From Eledone cirrhosa (taxonomy: Eukaryota): 64,000 nucleotides of DNA. The first letter of the stretch is position 1, and the number at the start of each line of letters is the position of its first letter. The position numbers and the translations under genes are program-made. The notes below the pieces were generated by a model. That model worked only from the letters and a program-made list of their open reading frames with translations. It made no database searches and was not told the DNA's origin. The DNA lies in NCBI GenBank assembly GCA_964016885.1, contig OZ024742.1, forward strand, positions 342,364,001-342,428,000, written 5' to 3'. Below, one piece after another: positions 1 through 12,600 of this stretch.

Positions 1-790
1 TGAAGTATGTGATCTGCAGTGGTATGAAGTATGTGATCTACAGTGGTATGAAGTATGTGATCTACAGCGGTATGATGTATGTGATCTCCAGTGGTATGAA
101 GTATGTGATCTCCATTGGTATGAAGTATGTGATCTCCAGTGGTATGAAGTATGTGATCTACAGTGGTATGAAGTATGTGATCTCCAGTGGTATGAAGTAT
201 GTGATCTCCAGTGGTATGAAGTATGTGATCTAGAGTGGTATGAAGTATGTGATCTCCAGTGGTATGAAGTATGTGATCTCCAGTGGTATGAAGAATGTGA
301 TCTACAGTGGTATGAAATATGTGATCTCCAGTGCTATGAAATATGTGATCTACAGTGGTATGAAGTATGTCAGCTCCAGTGGTATGAAGTATGTGATCTC
401 CAGTGGTATGAAGTATGTGATCTACAGTGGTATGAAGTATGTGATCTCCAGTGGTATGAAGTATGTGATCTACAGTGGTATGAAGTGTGTGATCTACAGT
501 GGTATGAAGTATGTGATATCCTGTGATATGAAGTATGTGATATCCTGTGGTATGAAGTATGTGATCTACAGTGGTATGAAGTATGTGATCTCCTGTGATA
601 TGAAGTATGTGATCTACAGTGGTATGAAGTATGTGATCTACAGTGGTATGAAGTATGTGATCTCCAGGGGTATGAAGTATGTGATCTACAGTGGTATGAA
701 GTATGTGATCTCCAGTGGTATGAAGTATGTCAGCTCCAGTGGTATGAAGTATGTGATCTACAGTGGTATGAAGTATGTGATCTACAGTGG
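1..790 (+). repeat. Higher-order block, near-identical to 6582-7370 (offset 6581); more diverged copies near 9.7-10.5 kb and 11.75-12.5 kb
   Basis: Same ordered rare variants (TGC, AGCGG, TAGAG, AAGAAT, AGTGCT, AAGTGT, CCAGGGG). ORFs at 240 and 6821 begin with the same long peptide string. Confidence 0.9.
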
Positions 791-1535
791 TATGAAGTAT
801 GTGATCTACAGTGGTATGAAGTATGTGATCTACAGTGGTATGAAGTATGTGATCTACAGTGGTATGAAGTATGTGATCTCCAGTGGTATGAAGTATGTGA
901 TCTCCAGTGGTATGAAGTATGTGATCTCCAGTGGTATGAAGTATGTGATCTACAGTGGTATGAAGTATGTGATCTACAGTGGTATGAAGTATGTGATCTA
1001 CAGTGGTATGAAGTATGTGATCTCCAGTGGTATGAAGTATGTGATCTCCAGTGGTATGAAGTATGTGATCTACAGTGGTATGAAGTATGTGATCTACAGT
1101 GGTATGAAGTATGTGATCTCCAGTGGTATGAAGTATGTGATCTACAGTGGTATGAAGTATGTGATATCATGTGGTATGAAGTATGTGATCTCCATTGGTA
1201 TGAAGTATGTGATCTCCAGTGGTATGAAGTATGTGATCTCCAGTGGTATGAAGTATGTGATCTCCAGTGGTATGAAGTATGTGATCTACAGTGGTATGAA
1301 GTATGTGATCTACAGTGGTATGAAGTATGTGATCTACAGTGGTATGAAGTATGTGATATCCTGTGGTATGAAGTATATGATCTCCATTGGTATGAAGTAT
1401 GTGATCTCCAGTGGTATGAAGTATGTGATCTACAGTGGTATGAAGTATGTGATCTCCAGTGGTATGAAGTATGTGATCTACAGTGGTATGAAGTATGTGA
1501 TCTACAGTGGTATGAAGTATGTGATATCCTGTGGT

Positions 1536-2930
1536 ATGAAAGTATGTGATCTCCAGTGGTATGAAGTATGTGATCTACAGTGGTATGAAGTATGTGATCT
1601 ACAGTGATATGAAGTATGTGATCTACAGTGGTATGAAGTATGTGATATACTGTGGTATGAAGTATGTGATCTCCATTGGTATGAAGTATGTGATCTCCAG
1701 TGGTATGAAGTATGTGATCTCCAGTGGTATGAAGTATGTGATCTCCAGTGGTATGAAGTATGTGATCTACAGTGGTATGAAGTATGTGATCTACAGTGGT
1801 ATGAAGTATGTGATCTACAGTGGTATGAAGTATGTGATATCTTGTGGTATGAAGTATATGATCTCCATTGGTATGAAGTATGTGATCTCCAGTGGTATGA
1901 AGTATGTGATCTACAGTGGTATGAAGTATGTGATCTCCAGTGGTATGAAGTATGTGATCTACAGTGGTATGAAGTATGTGATCTACAGTGGTATGAAGTA
2001 TGTGATATCCTGTGGTATGAAGTATGTGATCTCCAGTGGTATGAAGTATGTGATCTCCAGTGGTATGAAGTATGTGATCTACAGTGGTATGAAGTATGTG
2101 ATCTACAGTGGTATGAAGTATGTGATCTCCAGTGGTATGAAAGTATGTGATCTCCAGTGGTATGAAGTATGTGATCTACAGTGGTATGAAGTATGTGATC
2201 TACAGTGATATGAAGTATGTGATCTCCAGTGGTATGAAGTATGTGATCTCCATTGGTATGAAGTATGTGATCATCAGTGGTATGAAGTATGTGATCTACA
2301 GTGGTATGAAGTATGTGATCTCCAGTGGTATGAAGTATGTGATCTACAGTGGTATGAAGTATGTGATCTACAGTGGTATGAAGTAAGTGATATCCTGTGG
2401 TATGAAAGTATGTGATCTCCAGTGGTATGAAGTATGTGATCTACAGTGGTATGAAGTATGTGATCTACAGTGATATGAAGTATGTGATCTACAGTGGTAT
2501 GAAGTATGTGATATACTGTGGTATGAAGTATGTGATCTCCATTGGTATGAAGTATGTGATCTCCAGTGGTATGAAGTATGTGATCTCCAGTGGTATGAAG
2601 TATGTGATCTCCAGTGGTATGAAGTATGTGATCTACAGTGGTATGAAGTATGTGATCTACAGTGGTATGAAGTATGTGATCTACAGTGGTATGAAGTATG
2701 TGATATCTTGTGGTATGAAGTATATGATCTCCATTGGTATGAAGTATGTGATCTCCAGTGGTATGAAGAATGTGATCTACAGTGGTATGAAGTATGTGAT
2801 CTCCAGTGGTATGAAGTATGTGATCTACAGTGGTATGAAGTATGTGATCTACAGTGGTATGAAGTATGTGATATCCTGTGGTATGAAGTATGTGATCTCC
2901 AGTGGTATGAAGTATGTGATCTCCAGTGGT
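1536..2930 (+). repeat. Local higher-order duplication, offset 866 bp (36 monomers + 2 bp)
   Basis: +A monomers at about 1540 and 2406 are followed by the same series including ATATACTGT and ATATCTTGT-TATATG. ORFs 1546 and 2412 match; another copy starts at about 8266. Confidence 0.85.
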
Positions 2931-3299
2931 ATGAAGTATGTGATCTACAGTGGTATGAAGTATGTGATCTACAGTGATATGAAGTATGTGATCTACAGTG
3001 GTATGAAGTATGTGATATCCTGTGGTATGAAGTATGTGATCTCCATTGGTATGAAGTATGTGATCTCCAGTGGTATGAAGTATGTGATCTCCAGTGGTAT
3101 GAAGTATGTGATCTCCAGTGGTATGAAGTATGTGATCTCCAGTGGTATGAAGTATGTGATCTACAGTGGTATGAAGTATGTGATCTACAGTGGTATGAAG
3201 TATGTGATATCTTGTGGTATGAAGTATATGATCTCCATTGGTATGAAGTATGTGATCTCCAGTGGTATGAAGTATGTGATCTACAGTGGTATGAAGTAT

Positions 3300-6200
3300 G
3301 TGATCTCCAGTGGTATGAAGTATGTGATCTACAGTGGTATGAAGTATGTGATCTACAGTGGTATGAAGTATGTGATATCCTGTGGTATGAAGTATGTGAT
3401 CTACAGTGGTATGAAGTATGTGATCTACAGTGGTATGAAGTATGTGATCTCCTGTGGTATGAAGTATGTGATCTCAAGTGGTATGAAGTATGTGATCTAC
3501 AGTGATATGAGGTATGTGATCTACAGTGGTATGAAGTATGTGATCTCCTGTGATATGAAGTATGTGATCGTCAGTGGTATGAAGTATGTGATCTACAGTG
3601 GTATGAAGTATGTGATCTCCAGTGGTATGAAGTATGTGATCTACAGTGGTATGAAGTATGTGATCTACAGTTGTATGATGTATGTGATCTCCAGTGGTAT
3701 GAAGTATTTGATCTCCAGTGGTATGAAGTATGTGATCTCCAGTGGTATGAAGTATGTGATCTACAGTGGTATGAAGTATGTGATCTCCAGTGGTATGAAG
3801 TATGTGATCTACAGTGGTATGAAGTATGTGATCTACAATGGTATGAAGTATGTGATATCCTGTGGTATGAAGTATGTGATCTACAGTGGTATGAAGTATG
3901 TGATCTACAGTGGTATGAAGTATGTGATCTCCTGTGGTATGAAGTATGTGATCTCCAGTGGTATGAAGCATGTGATCTACAGTGATATGAGGTATGTGAT
4001 CTACAGTGGTATGAAGTATGTGATCTCCTGTGATATGAAGTATGTGATCTACAGTGGTATGAAGTATGTGATCTACAGTGGTATGAAGTATGTGATCTGC
4101 AGTGGTATGAAGTATGTGATGTCCTGTGGTATGAAGTATGTGATCTACAGTGGTATGAAGTATGTGATCTCCAGTGGTATGAAGTATGTGATCTCCAGTG
4201 GTATGAAGTATGTGATCTACAGTGGTATGAAGTATGTGATCTACAGTGGTATGAAGTATGTGATCTCCAGTGGTATGAAGTATGTGATCTACAGTGGTAT
4301 GAAGTATGTGATCTACAGTGGTATGAAGTATGTGATCTCCAGTGGTATGAAAGTATGTGATCTCCAGTGGTATGAAGTATGTGATCTACAGTGGTATGAA
4401 GTATGTGATCTACAGTGATATGAAGTATGTGATCTACAGTGGTATGAAGTATGTGATATCCTGTGGTATGAAGTATGTGATCTCCATTGGTATGAAGTAT
4501 GTGATCTCCAGTGGTATGAAGTATGTGATCTCCAGTGGTATGAAGTATGTGATCTCCAGTGGTATGAAGTATGTGATCTACAGTGGTATGAAGTATGTGA
4601 TCTACAGTGGTATGAAGTATGTGATATCCTGTGGTATGAAGTATGTGATCTACAGTGGTATGAAGTATGTGATCTACAGTGGTATGAAGTATGTGATCTC
4701 CTGTGGTATGAAGTATGTGATCTCAAGTGGTATGAAGTATGTGATCTACAGTGATATGAGGTATGTGATCTACAGTGGTATGAAGTATGTGATCTCCTGT
4801 GATATGAAGTATGTGATCTTCAGTGGTATGAAGTATGTGATCTACAGTGGTATGAAGTATGTGATTTCCAGTGGTATGAAGTATGTGATCTACAGTGGTA
4901 TGAAGTATGTGATCTACAGTTGTATGATGTATGTGATCTCCAGTGGTATGAAGTATGTGATCTCCATTGGTATGAAGTATGTGATCTCCAGTGGTATGAA
5001 GTATGTGATCTACAGTGGTATGAAGTATGTGATCTCCAGTGGTATGAAGTATGTGATCTACAGTGGTATGAAGTATGTGATCTACAATGGTATGAAGTAT
5101 GTGATATCCTGTGGTATGAAGTATGTGATCTACAGTGGTATGAAGTATGTGATCTACAGTGGTATGAAGTATGTGATCTCCTGTGGTATGAAGTATGTGA
5201 TCTCCAGTGGTATGAAGTATGTGATCTACAGTGATATGAGGTATGTGATCTACAGTGGTATGAAGTATGTGATCTCCTGTGATATGAAGTATGTGATCTA
5301 CAGTGGTATGAAGTATGTGATCTACAGTGGTATGAAGTATGTGATCTGCAGTGGTATGAAGTATGTGATGTCCTGTGGTATGAAGTATGTGATCTACAGT
5401 GGTATGAAGTATGTGATCTCCAGTGGTATGAAGTATGTGATCTCCAGTGGTATGAAGTATGTGATCTACAGTGGTATGAAGTATGTGATCTACAGTGGTA
5501 TGAAGTATGTGATCTCCAGTGGTATGAAGTATGTGATCTACAGTGGTATGAAGTATGTGATCTACAGTGGTATGAAGTATGTGATCTCCAGTGGTATGAA
5601 AGTATGTGATCTCCAGTGGTATGAAGTATGTGATCTACAGTGGTATGAAGTATGTGATCTACAGTGATATGAAGTATGTGATCTACAGTGGTATGAAGTA
5701 TGTGATATCCTGTGGTATGAAGTATGTGATCTCCATTGGTATGAAGTATGTGATCTCCAGTGGTATGAAGTATGTGATCTCCAGTGGTATGAAGTATGTG
5801 ATCTCCAGTGGTATGAAGTATGTGATCTACAGTGGTATGAAGTATGTGATCTACAGTGGTATGAAGTATGTGATATCCTGTGGTATGAAGTATGTGATCT
5901 ACAGTGGTATGAAGTATGTGATCTACAGTGGTATGAAGTATGTGATCTCCTGTGGTATGAAGTATGTGATCTCCAGTGGTATGAAGTATGTGATCTACAG
6001 TGATATGAGGTATGTGATCTACAGTGGTATGAAGTATGTGATCTCCTGTGATATGAAGTATGTGATCTACAGTGGTATGAAGTATGTGATCTACAGTGGT
6101 ATGAAGTATGTGATCTCCAGTGGTATGAAGTATGTGATCTACAGTGGTATGAAGTATGTGATCTACAGTTGTATGATGTATGTGATCTCCAGTGGTATGA

Positions 6201-6600
6201 AGTATGTGATCTCCATTGGTATGAAGTATGTGATCTCCAGTGGTATGAAGTATGTGATCTACAGTGGTATGAAGTATGTGATCTCCAGTGGTATGAAGTA
6301 TGTGATCTACAGTGGTATGAAGTATGTGATCTACAATGGTATGAAGTATGTGATATCCTGTGGTATGAAGTATGTGATCTACAGTGGTATGAAGTATGTG
6401 ATCTACAGTGGTATGAAGTATGTGATCTCCTGTGGTATGAAGTATGTGATCTACAGTGGTATGAAGTATGTGATCTACAGTGATATGAGGTATGTGATCT
6501 AGAGTGGTATGAAGTATGTGATCTCCTGTGATATGAAGTATGTGATCTACAGTGGTATGAAGTATGTGATCTACAGTGGTATGAAGTATGTGATCTGCAG
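3300..6600 (+). repeat. Tandem higher-order repeat, period 1249 bp (52 monomers + 1 bp), about 2.6 copies
   Basis: ORF starts 3671/4920/6169 and 4357/5606 are each 1249 apart. CTCAAG occurs at about 3474/4723; AGTTGT-ATGATG and TACAAT variants recur in register. Confidence 0.9.
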
Positions 6601-9600
6601 TGGTATGAAGTATGTGATCTACAGTGGTATGAAGTATGTGATCTACAGCGGTATGATGTATGTGATCTCCAGTGGTATGAAGTATGTGATCTCCATTGGT
6701 ATGAAGTATGTGATCTCCAGTGGTATGAAGTATGTGATCTACAGTGGTATGAAGTATGTGATCTCCAGTGGTATGAAGTATGTGATCTCCAGTGGTATGA
6801 AGTATGTGATCTAGAGTGGTATGAAGTATGTGATCTCCAGTGGTATGAAGTATGTGATCTCCAGTGGTATGAAGAATGTGATCTACAGTGGTATGAAATA
6901 TGTGATCTCCAGTGCTATGAAGTATGTGATCTACAGTGGTATGAAGTATGTCAGCTCCAGTGGTATGAAGTATGTGATCTCCAGTGGTATGAAGTATGTG
7001 ATCTACAGTGGTATGAAGTATGTGATCTCCAGTGGTATGAAGTATGTGATCTACAGTGGTATGAAGTGTGTGATCTACAGTGGTATGAAGTATGTGATAT
7101 CCTGTGATATGAAGTATGTGATATCCTGTGGTATGAAGTATGTGATCTACAGTGGTATGAAGTATGTGATCTCCTGTGATATGAAGTATGTGATCTACAG
7201 TGGTATGAAGTATGTGATCTACAGTGGTATGAAGTATGTGATCTCCAGGGGTATGAAGTATGTGATCTACAGTGGTATGAAGTATGTGATCTCCAGTGGT
7301 ATGAAGTATGTCAGCTCCAGTGGTATGAAGTATGTGATCTACAGTGGTATGAAGTATGTGATCTACAGTGGTATGATGTATGTGATATCCAGTGGTATGA
7401 AGTATGTGATCTCCATTGGTATGAAGTATGTGATCTCCATTGGTATGAAGTATGTGATCTGCAGTGATATGAAGTATGTGATCTACAGTGGTATGAAGTA
7501 TGTGATCTTCAGTGGTATGAAGTATGTGATCTCCAGTGGTATGAAGTATGTGATCTACAGTGGTATGAAGTATGTGATCTACAGTGGTATGAAGTATGTG
7601 ATCTACAGTGGTATGAAGTATGTGATCTCCAGTGGTATGAAGTATGTGATCTCCAGTGGTATGAAGTATGTGATCTACAGTGGTATGAAGTATGTGATCT
7701 ACAGTGGTATGAAGTATGTGATCTCCAGTGGTATGAAGAATGTGATCTACAGTGGTATGAAGTATGTGATCTACAGTGGTATGAAGTATGTGATCTCCAG
7801 TGGTATGAAAGTATGTGATCTCCAGTGGTATGAAGTATGTGATCTACAGAGGTATGAAGTATGTGATCTACAGTGATATGAAGTATGTGATCTACAGTGG
7901 TATGAAGTATGTGATATCCTGTGGTATGAAGTATGTGATCTCCATTGGTATGAAGTATGTGATCTCCAGTGGTATGAAGTATGTGATCTCCAGTGGTATG
8001 AAGTATGTGATCTCCAGTGGTATGAAGTATGTGATCTACAGTGGTATGAAGTATGTGATCTACAGTGGTATGAAGTATGTGATCTACAGTGGTATGAAGT
8101 ATGTGATATCCTGTGGTATGAAGTATATGATCTCCATTGGTATGAAGTATGTGATCTCCAGTGGTATGAAGTATGTGATCTACAGTGGTATGAAGTATGT
8201 GATCTCCAGTGGTATGAAGTATGTGATCTACAGTGGTATGAAGTATGTGATATCCTGTGGTATGAAAGTATGTGATCTCCAGTGGTATGAAGTATGTGAT
8301 CTACAGTGGTATGAAGTATGTGATCTACAGTGATATGAAGTATGTGATCTACAGTGGTATGAAGTATGTGATATACTGTGGTATGAAGTATGTGATCTCC
8401 ATTGGTATGAAGTATGTGATCTCCAGTGGTATGAAGTATGTGATCTCCAGTGGTATGAAGTATGTGATCTCCAGTGGTATGAAGTATGTGATCTACAGTG
8501 GTATGAAGTATGTGATCTACAGTGGTATGAAGTATGTGATCTACAGTGGTATGAAGTATGTGATCTACAGTGGTATGAAGTATGTGATATCTTGTGGTAT
8601 GAAGTATATAATCTCCATTGGTATGAAGTATGTGATCTCCAGTGGTATGAAGTATGTGATCTACAGTGGTATGAAGTATGTGATCTCCAGTGGTATGAAG
8701 TATGTGATCTACAGTGGTATGAAGTATGTGATCTACAGTGGTATGAAGTATGTGATATCCTGTGGTATGAAGTATGTGATCTACAGTGGTATGAAGTATG
8801 TGATCTACAGTGGTATGAAGTATGTGATCTCCTGTGGTATGAAGTATGTGATCTCCAGTGGTATGAAGTATGTGATCTACAGTGATATGAGGTATGTGAT
8901 CTACAGTGGTATGAAGTATGTGATCTCCAGTGGTATGAAGTATGTGTTCTACAGTGATATGAGGTATGTGATCTACAGTGGTATGAAGTATGTGATCTAC
9001 AGTGGTATGATGTATGTGATCTCCAGTGGTATGAAGTATGTGATCTACAGTGGTATGAAGTATGTGATCTACAGTTGTATGATGTATGTGATCTCCAGTG
9101 GTATGAAGTATGTGATCTCCATTGGTATGAAGTATGTGATCTCCAGTGGTATGAAGTATGTGATCTACAGTGGTATGAAGTATGTGATCTCCAGTGGTAT
9201 GAAGTATGTGATCTACAGTGGTATGAAGTATGTGATCTACAGTTGTATGATGTATGTGATCTCCAGTGGTATGAAGTATGTGATCTCCATTGGTATGAAG
9301 TATGTGATCTCCAGTGGTATGAAGTATGTGATCTACAGTGGTATGAAGTATGTGATCTCCAGTGGTATGAAGTATGTGATCTACAGTGGTATGAAGTATG
9401 TGATCTACAATGGTATGAAGTATGTGATATCGTGTGGTATGAAGTATGTGATCTACAGTGGTATGAAGTATGTGATCTACAGTGGTATGAAGTATGTGAT
9501 CTCCTGTGGTATGAAGTATGTGATCTCCAGTGGTATGAAGTATGTGATCTACAGTGATATGAGGTATGTGATCTACAGTTGTATGAAGTATGTGATCTCC

Positions 9601-12600
9601 TGTGATATGAAGTATGTGACCTACAGTGGTATGAAGTATGTGATCTACAGTGGTATGAAGTATGTGATCTCCAGTGGTATGAAGTATGTGATCTACAGTG
9701 GTATGAAGTATGTGATCTACAGTGGTATGATGTATGTGATCTCCAGTGGTATGAAGTATGTGATCTCCATTGGTATGAAGTATGTGATCTCCAGTGGTAT
9801 GAAGTATGTGATCTACAGTGGTATGAAGTATGTGATCTCCAGTGGTATGAAGTATGTGATCTACAGTGGTATGAAGTATGTGATCTACAGTGGTATGAAG
9901 TATGTGATCTACAGTGGTATGAAGTATGTGATCTCCAGTGGTATGAAGAATGTGATATACAGTGGTATGAAATATGTGATCTCCAGTGCTATGAAGTATG
10001 TGATCTACAGTGGTATGAAGTATGTCAGCTCCAGCGGTATGAAGTATGTGATCTCCAGTGGTATGAAGTATGTGATCTACAGTGGTATGAAGTATGTGAT
10101 CTCCAGTGGTATGAAGTATGTGATATACAGTGGTATGAAGTGTGTGATCTACAGTGGTATGAAGTATGTGATATCCTGTGATATGAAGTATGTGATATCC
10201 TGTGGTATGAAGTATGTGATCTACAGTGGTATGAAGTATGTGATCTCCTGTGATATGAAGTATGTGATCTACAGTGGTATGAAGTATGTGATCTACAGTG
10301 GTATGAAGTATGTGATCTCCAGGGGTATGAAGTATGTGATCTCCAGTGGTATGAAGTATGTGATCGCCAGTGGTATGAAGTATGTCAGCTCCAGTGGTAT
10401 GAAGTATGTGATCTACAGTGGTATGAAGTATGTGATCTACAGTGGTATGATGTATGTGATATCCAGTGGTATGAAGTATGTGATCTCCATTGGTATGAAG
10501 TATGTGATCTGCAGTGATATGAAGTATGTGATCTACAGTGGTATGAAGTATGTGATCTACAGTGGTATGAAGTATGTGATCTCCAGTGGTATGAAATATG
10601 TGATCTACAGTGGTATGAAGTATGTGATCTACAGTGGTATGAAGTATGTGATCTACAGTGGTATGAAGTATGTGATCTCCAGTGGTATGAAGTATGTGAT
10701 CTCCAGTGGTATGAAGTATGTGATCTACAGTGGTATGAAGTATGTGATCTACAGTGGTATGAAGTATGTGATCTCCAGTGGTATGAAGTATGTGATCTAC
10801 AGTGGTATGAAGTATGTGATCTACAGTGGTATGAAGTATGTGATCTCCAGTGGTATGAAAGTATGTGATCTCCAGTGGTATGAAGTATGTGATCTACAGT
10901 GGTATGAAGTATGTGATCTACAGTGGTATGAAGTATGTGATCTCCAGTGGTATGAAGTATGTGATCTACAGTGGTATGAAGTATGTGATCTACAGTTGTA
11001 TGATGTATGTGATCTCCAGTGGTATGAAGTATGTGATCTCCATTGGTATGAAGTATGTGATCTCCAGTGGTATGAAGTATGTGATCTACAGTGGAATGAA
11101 GTATGTGATCTCCAGTGGTATGAAGTATGTGATCTACAGTGGTATGAAGTATGTGATCTAAAATGGTATGAAGTATGTGATATCCTGTGGTATGAAGTAT
11201 GTGATCTACAGTGGTATGAAGTATGTGATCTCCAGTGGTATGAAATATGTGATCTACAGTGGTATGAAGTATGTGATCTACAGTGGTATGAAGTATGTGA
11301 TCTACAGTGGTATGAAGTATGTGATCTCCAGTGGTATGAAGTATGTGATCTCCAGTGGTATGAAGTATGTGATCTACAGTGGTATGAAGTATGTGATCTA
11401 CAGTGGTATGAAGTATGTGATCTCCTGTGGTATGAAGTATGTGATCTCCAGTGGTATGAAGTATGTGATCTACAGTGATATGAGGTATGTGATCTACAGT
11501 GGTATGAAGTATGTGATCTCCTGTGATATGAAGTATGTGATCTACAGTGGTATGAAGTATGTGATCTACAGTGGTATGAAGTATGTGATCTACAGTGGTA
11601 TGAAGTATGTGATCTACAGTGGTATGAAGTATGTGATCTCCATTGGTATGGAGTATGTGATCTCCATTGGTATGAAGTATGTGATCTCCAGTGGTATGAA
11701 GTATGTGATCTACAGTGGTATGAAGTATGTGATCTCCAGTGGTATGAAGTATGTGATCTACAGTGGTATGAAGTATGTGATCTACAGTGGTATGAAGTAT
11801 GTGATCTACAGTGGTATGAAGTATGTGATCTCCAGTGGTATGAAGAATGTGATCTACAGTGGTATGAAACATGTGATCTCCAGTGCTATGAAGTATGTGA
11901 TCTACAGTGGTATGAAGTATGTCAGCTCCAGTGGTATGAAGTATGTGATCTCCAGTGGTATGACGTATGTGATCTACAGTGGTATGAAGTATGTGATCTC
12001 CAGTGGTATGAAGTATGTGATCTACAGTGGTATGAAGTGTGTGATCTACAGTGGTATGAAGAATGTGATCTACAGTGGTATGAAACATGTGATCTCCAGT
12101 GCTATGAAGTATGTGATCTACAGTGGTATGAAGTATGTGATCTCCAGTGGTATGAAGTATGTGATATCCTGTGGTATGAAGTATGTGATCTACAGTGGTA
12201 TGAAGTATGTGATCTCCTGTGATATGAAGTATGTGATCTACAGTGGTATGAAGTATGTGATCTACAGTGGTATGAAGTATGTGATCTCCAGGGGTATGAA
12301 GTATGTGATCTACAGTGGTATGAAGTATGTGATCTCCAGTGGTATGAAGTATGTCAGCTCCAGTGTTATGAAGTATGTGATCTACAGTGGTATGAAGTAT
12401 GTGATCTACAGTGGTATGATGTATGTGATATCCAGTGGTATGAAGTATGTGATCTCCATTGGTATGAAGTATGTGATCTGCAGTGGTATGAAGTATGTCA
12501 GCTCCAGTGGTATGAAGTATGTCAGCTCCAGTGGTATGAAGTATGTCAGCTCCTGTGGTATGAAGTATTAATTATCTCCAGTGATATGAAGTATGTGATC

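Noticed and set aside
12566-12575. Promoter/TATA-like or homeodomain site at TATTAATTAT
   Set aside because: It is a single short AT-rich motif with no associated gene; reported only as a mutational lesion.
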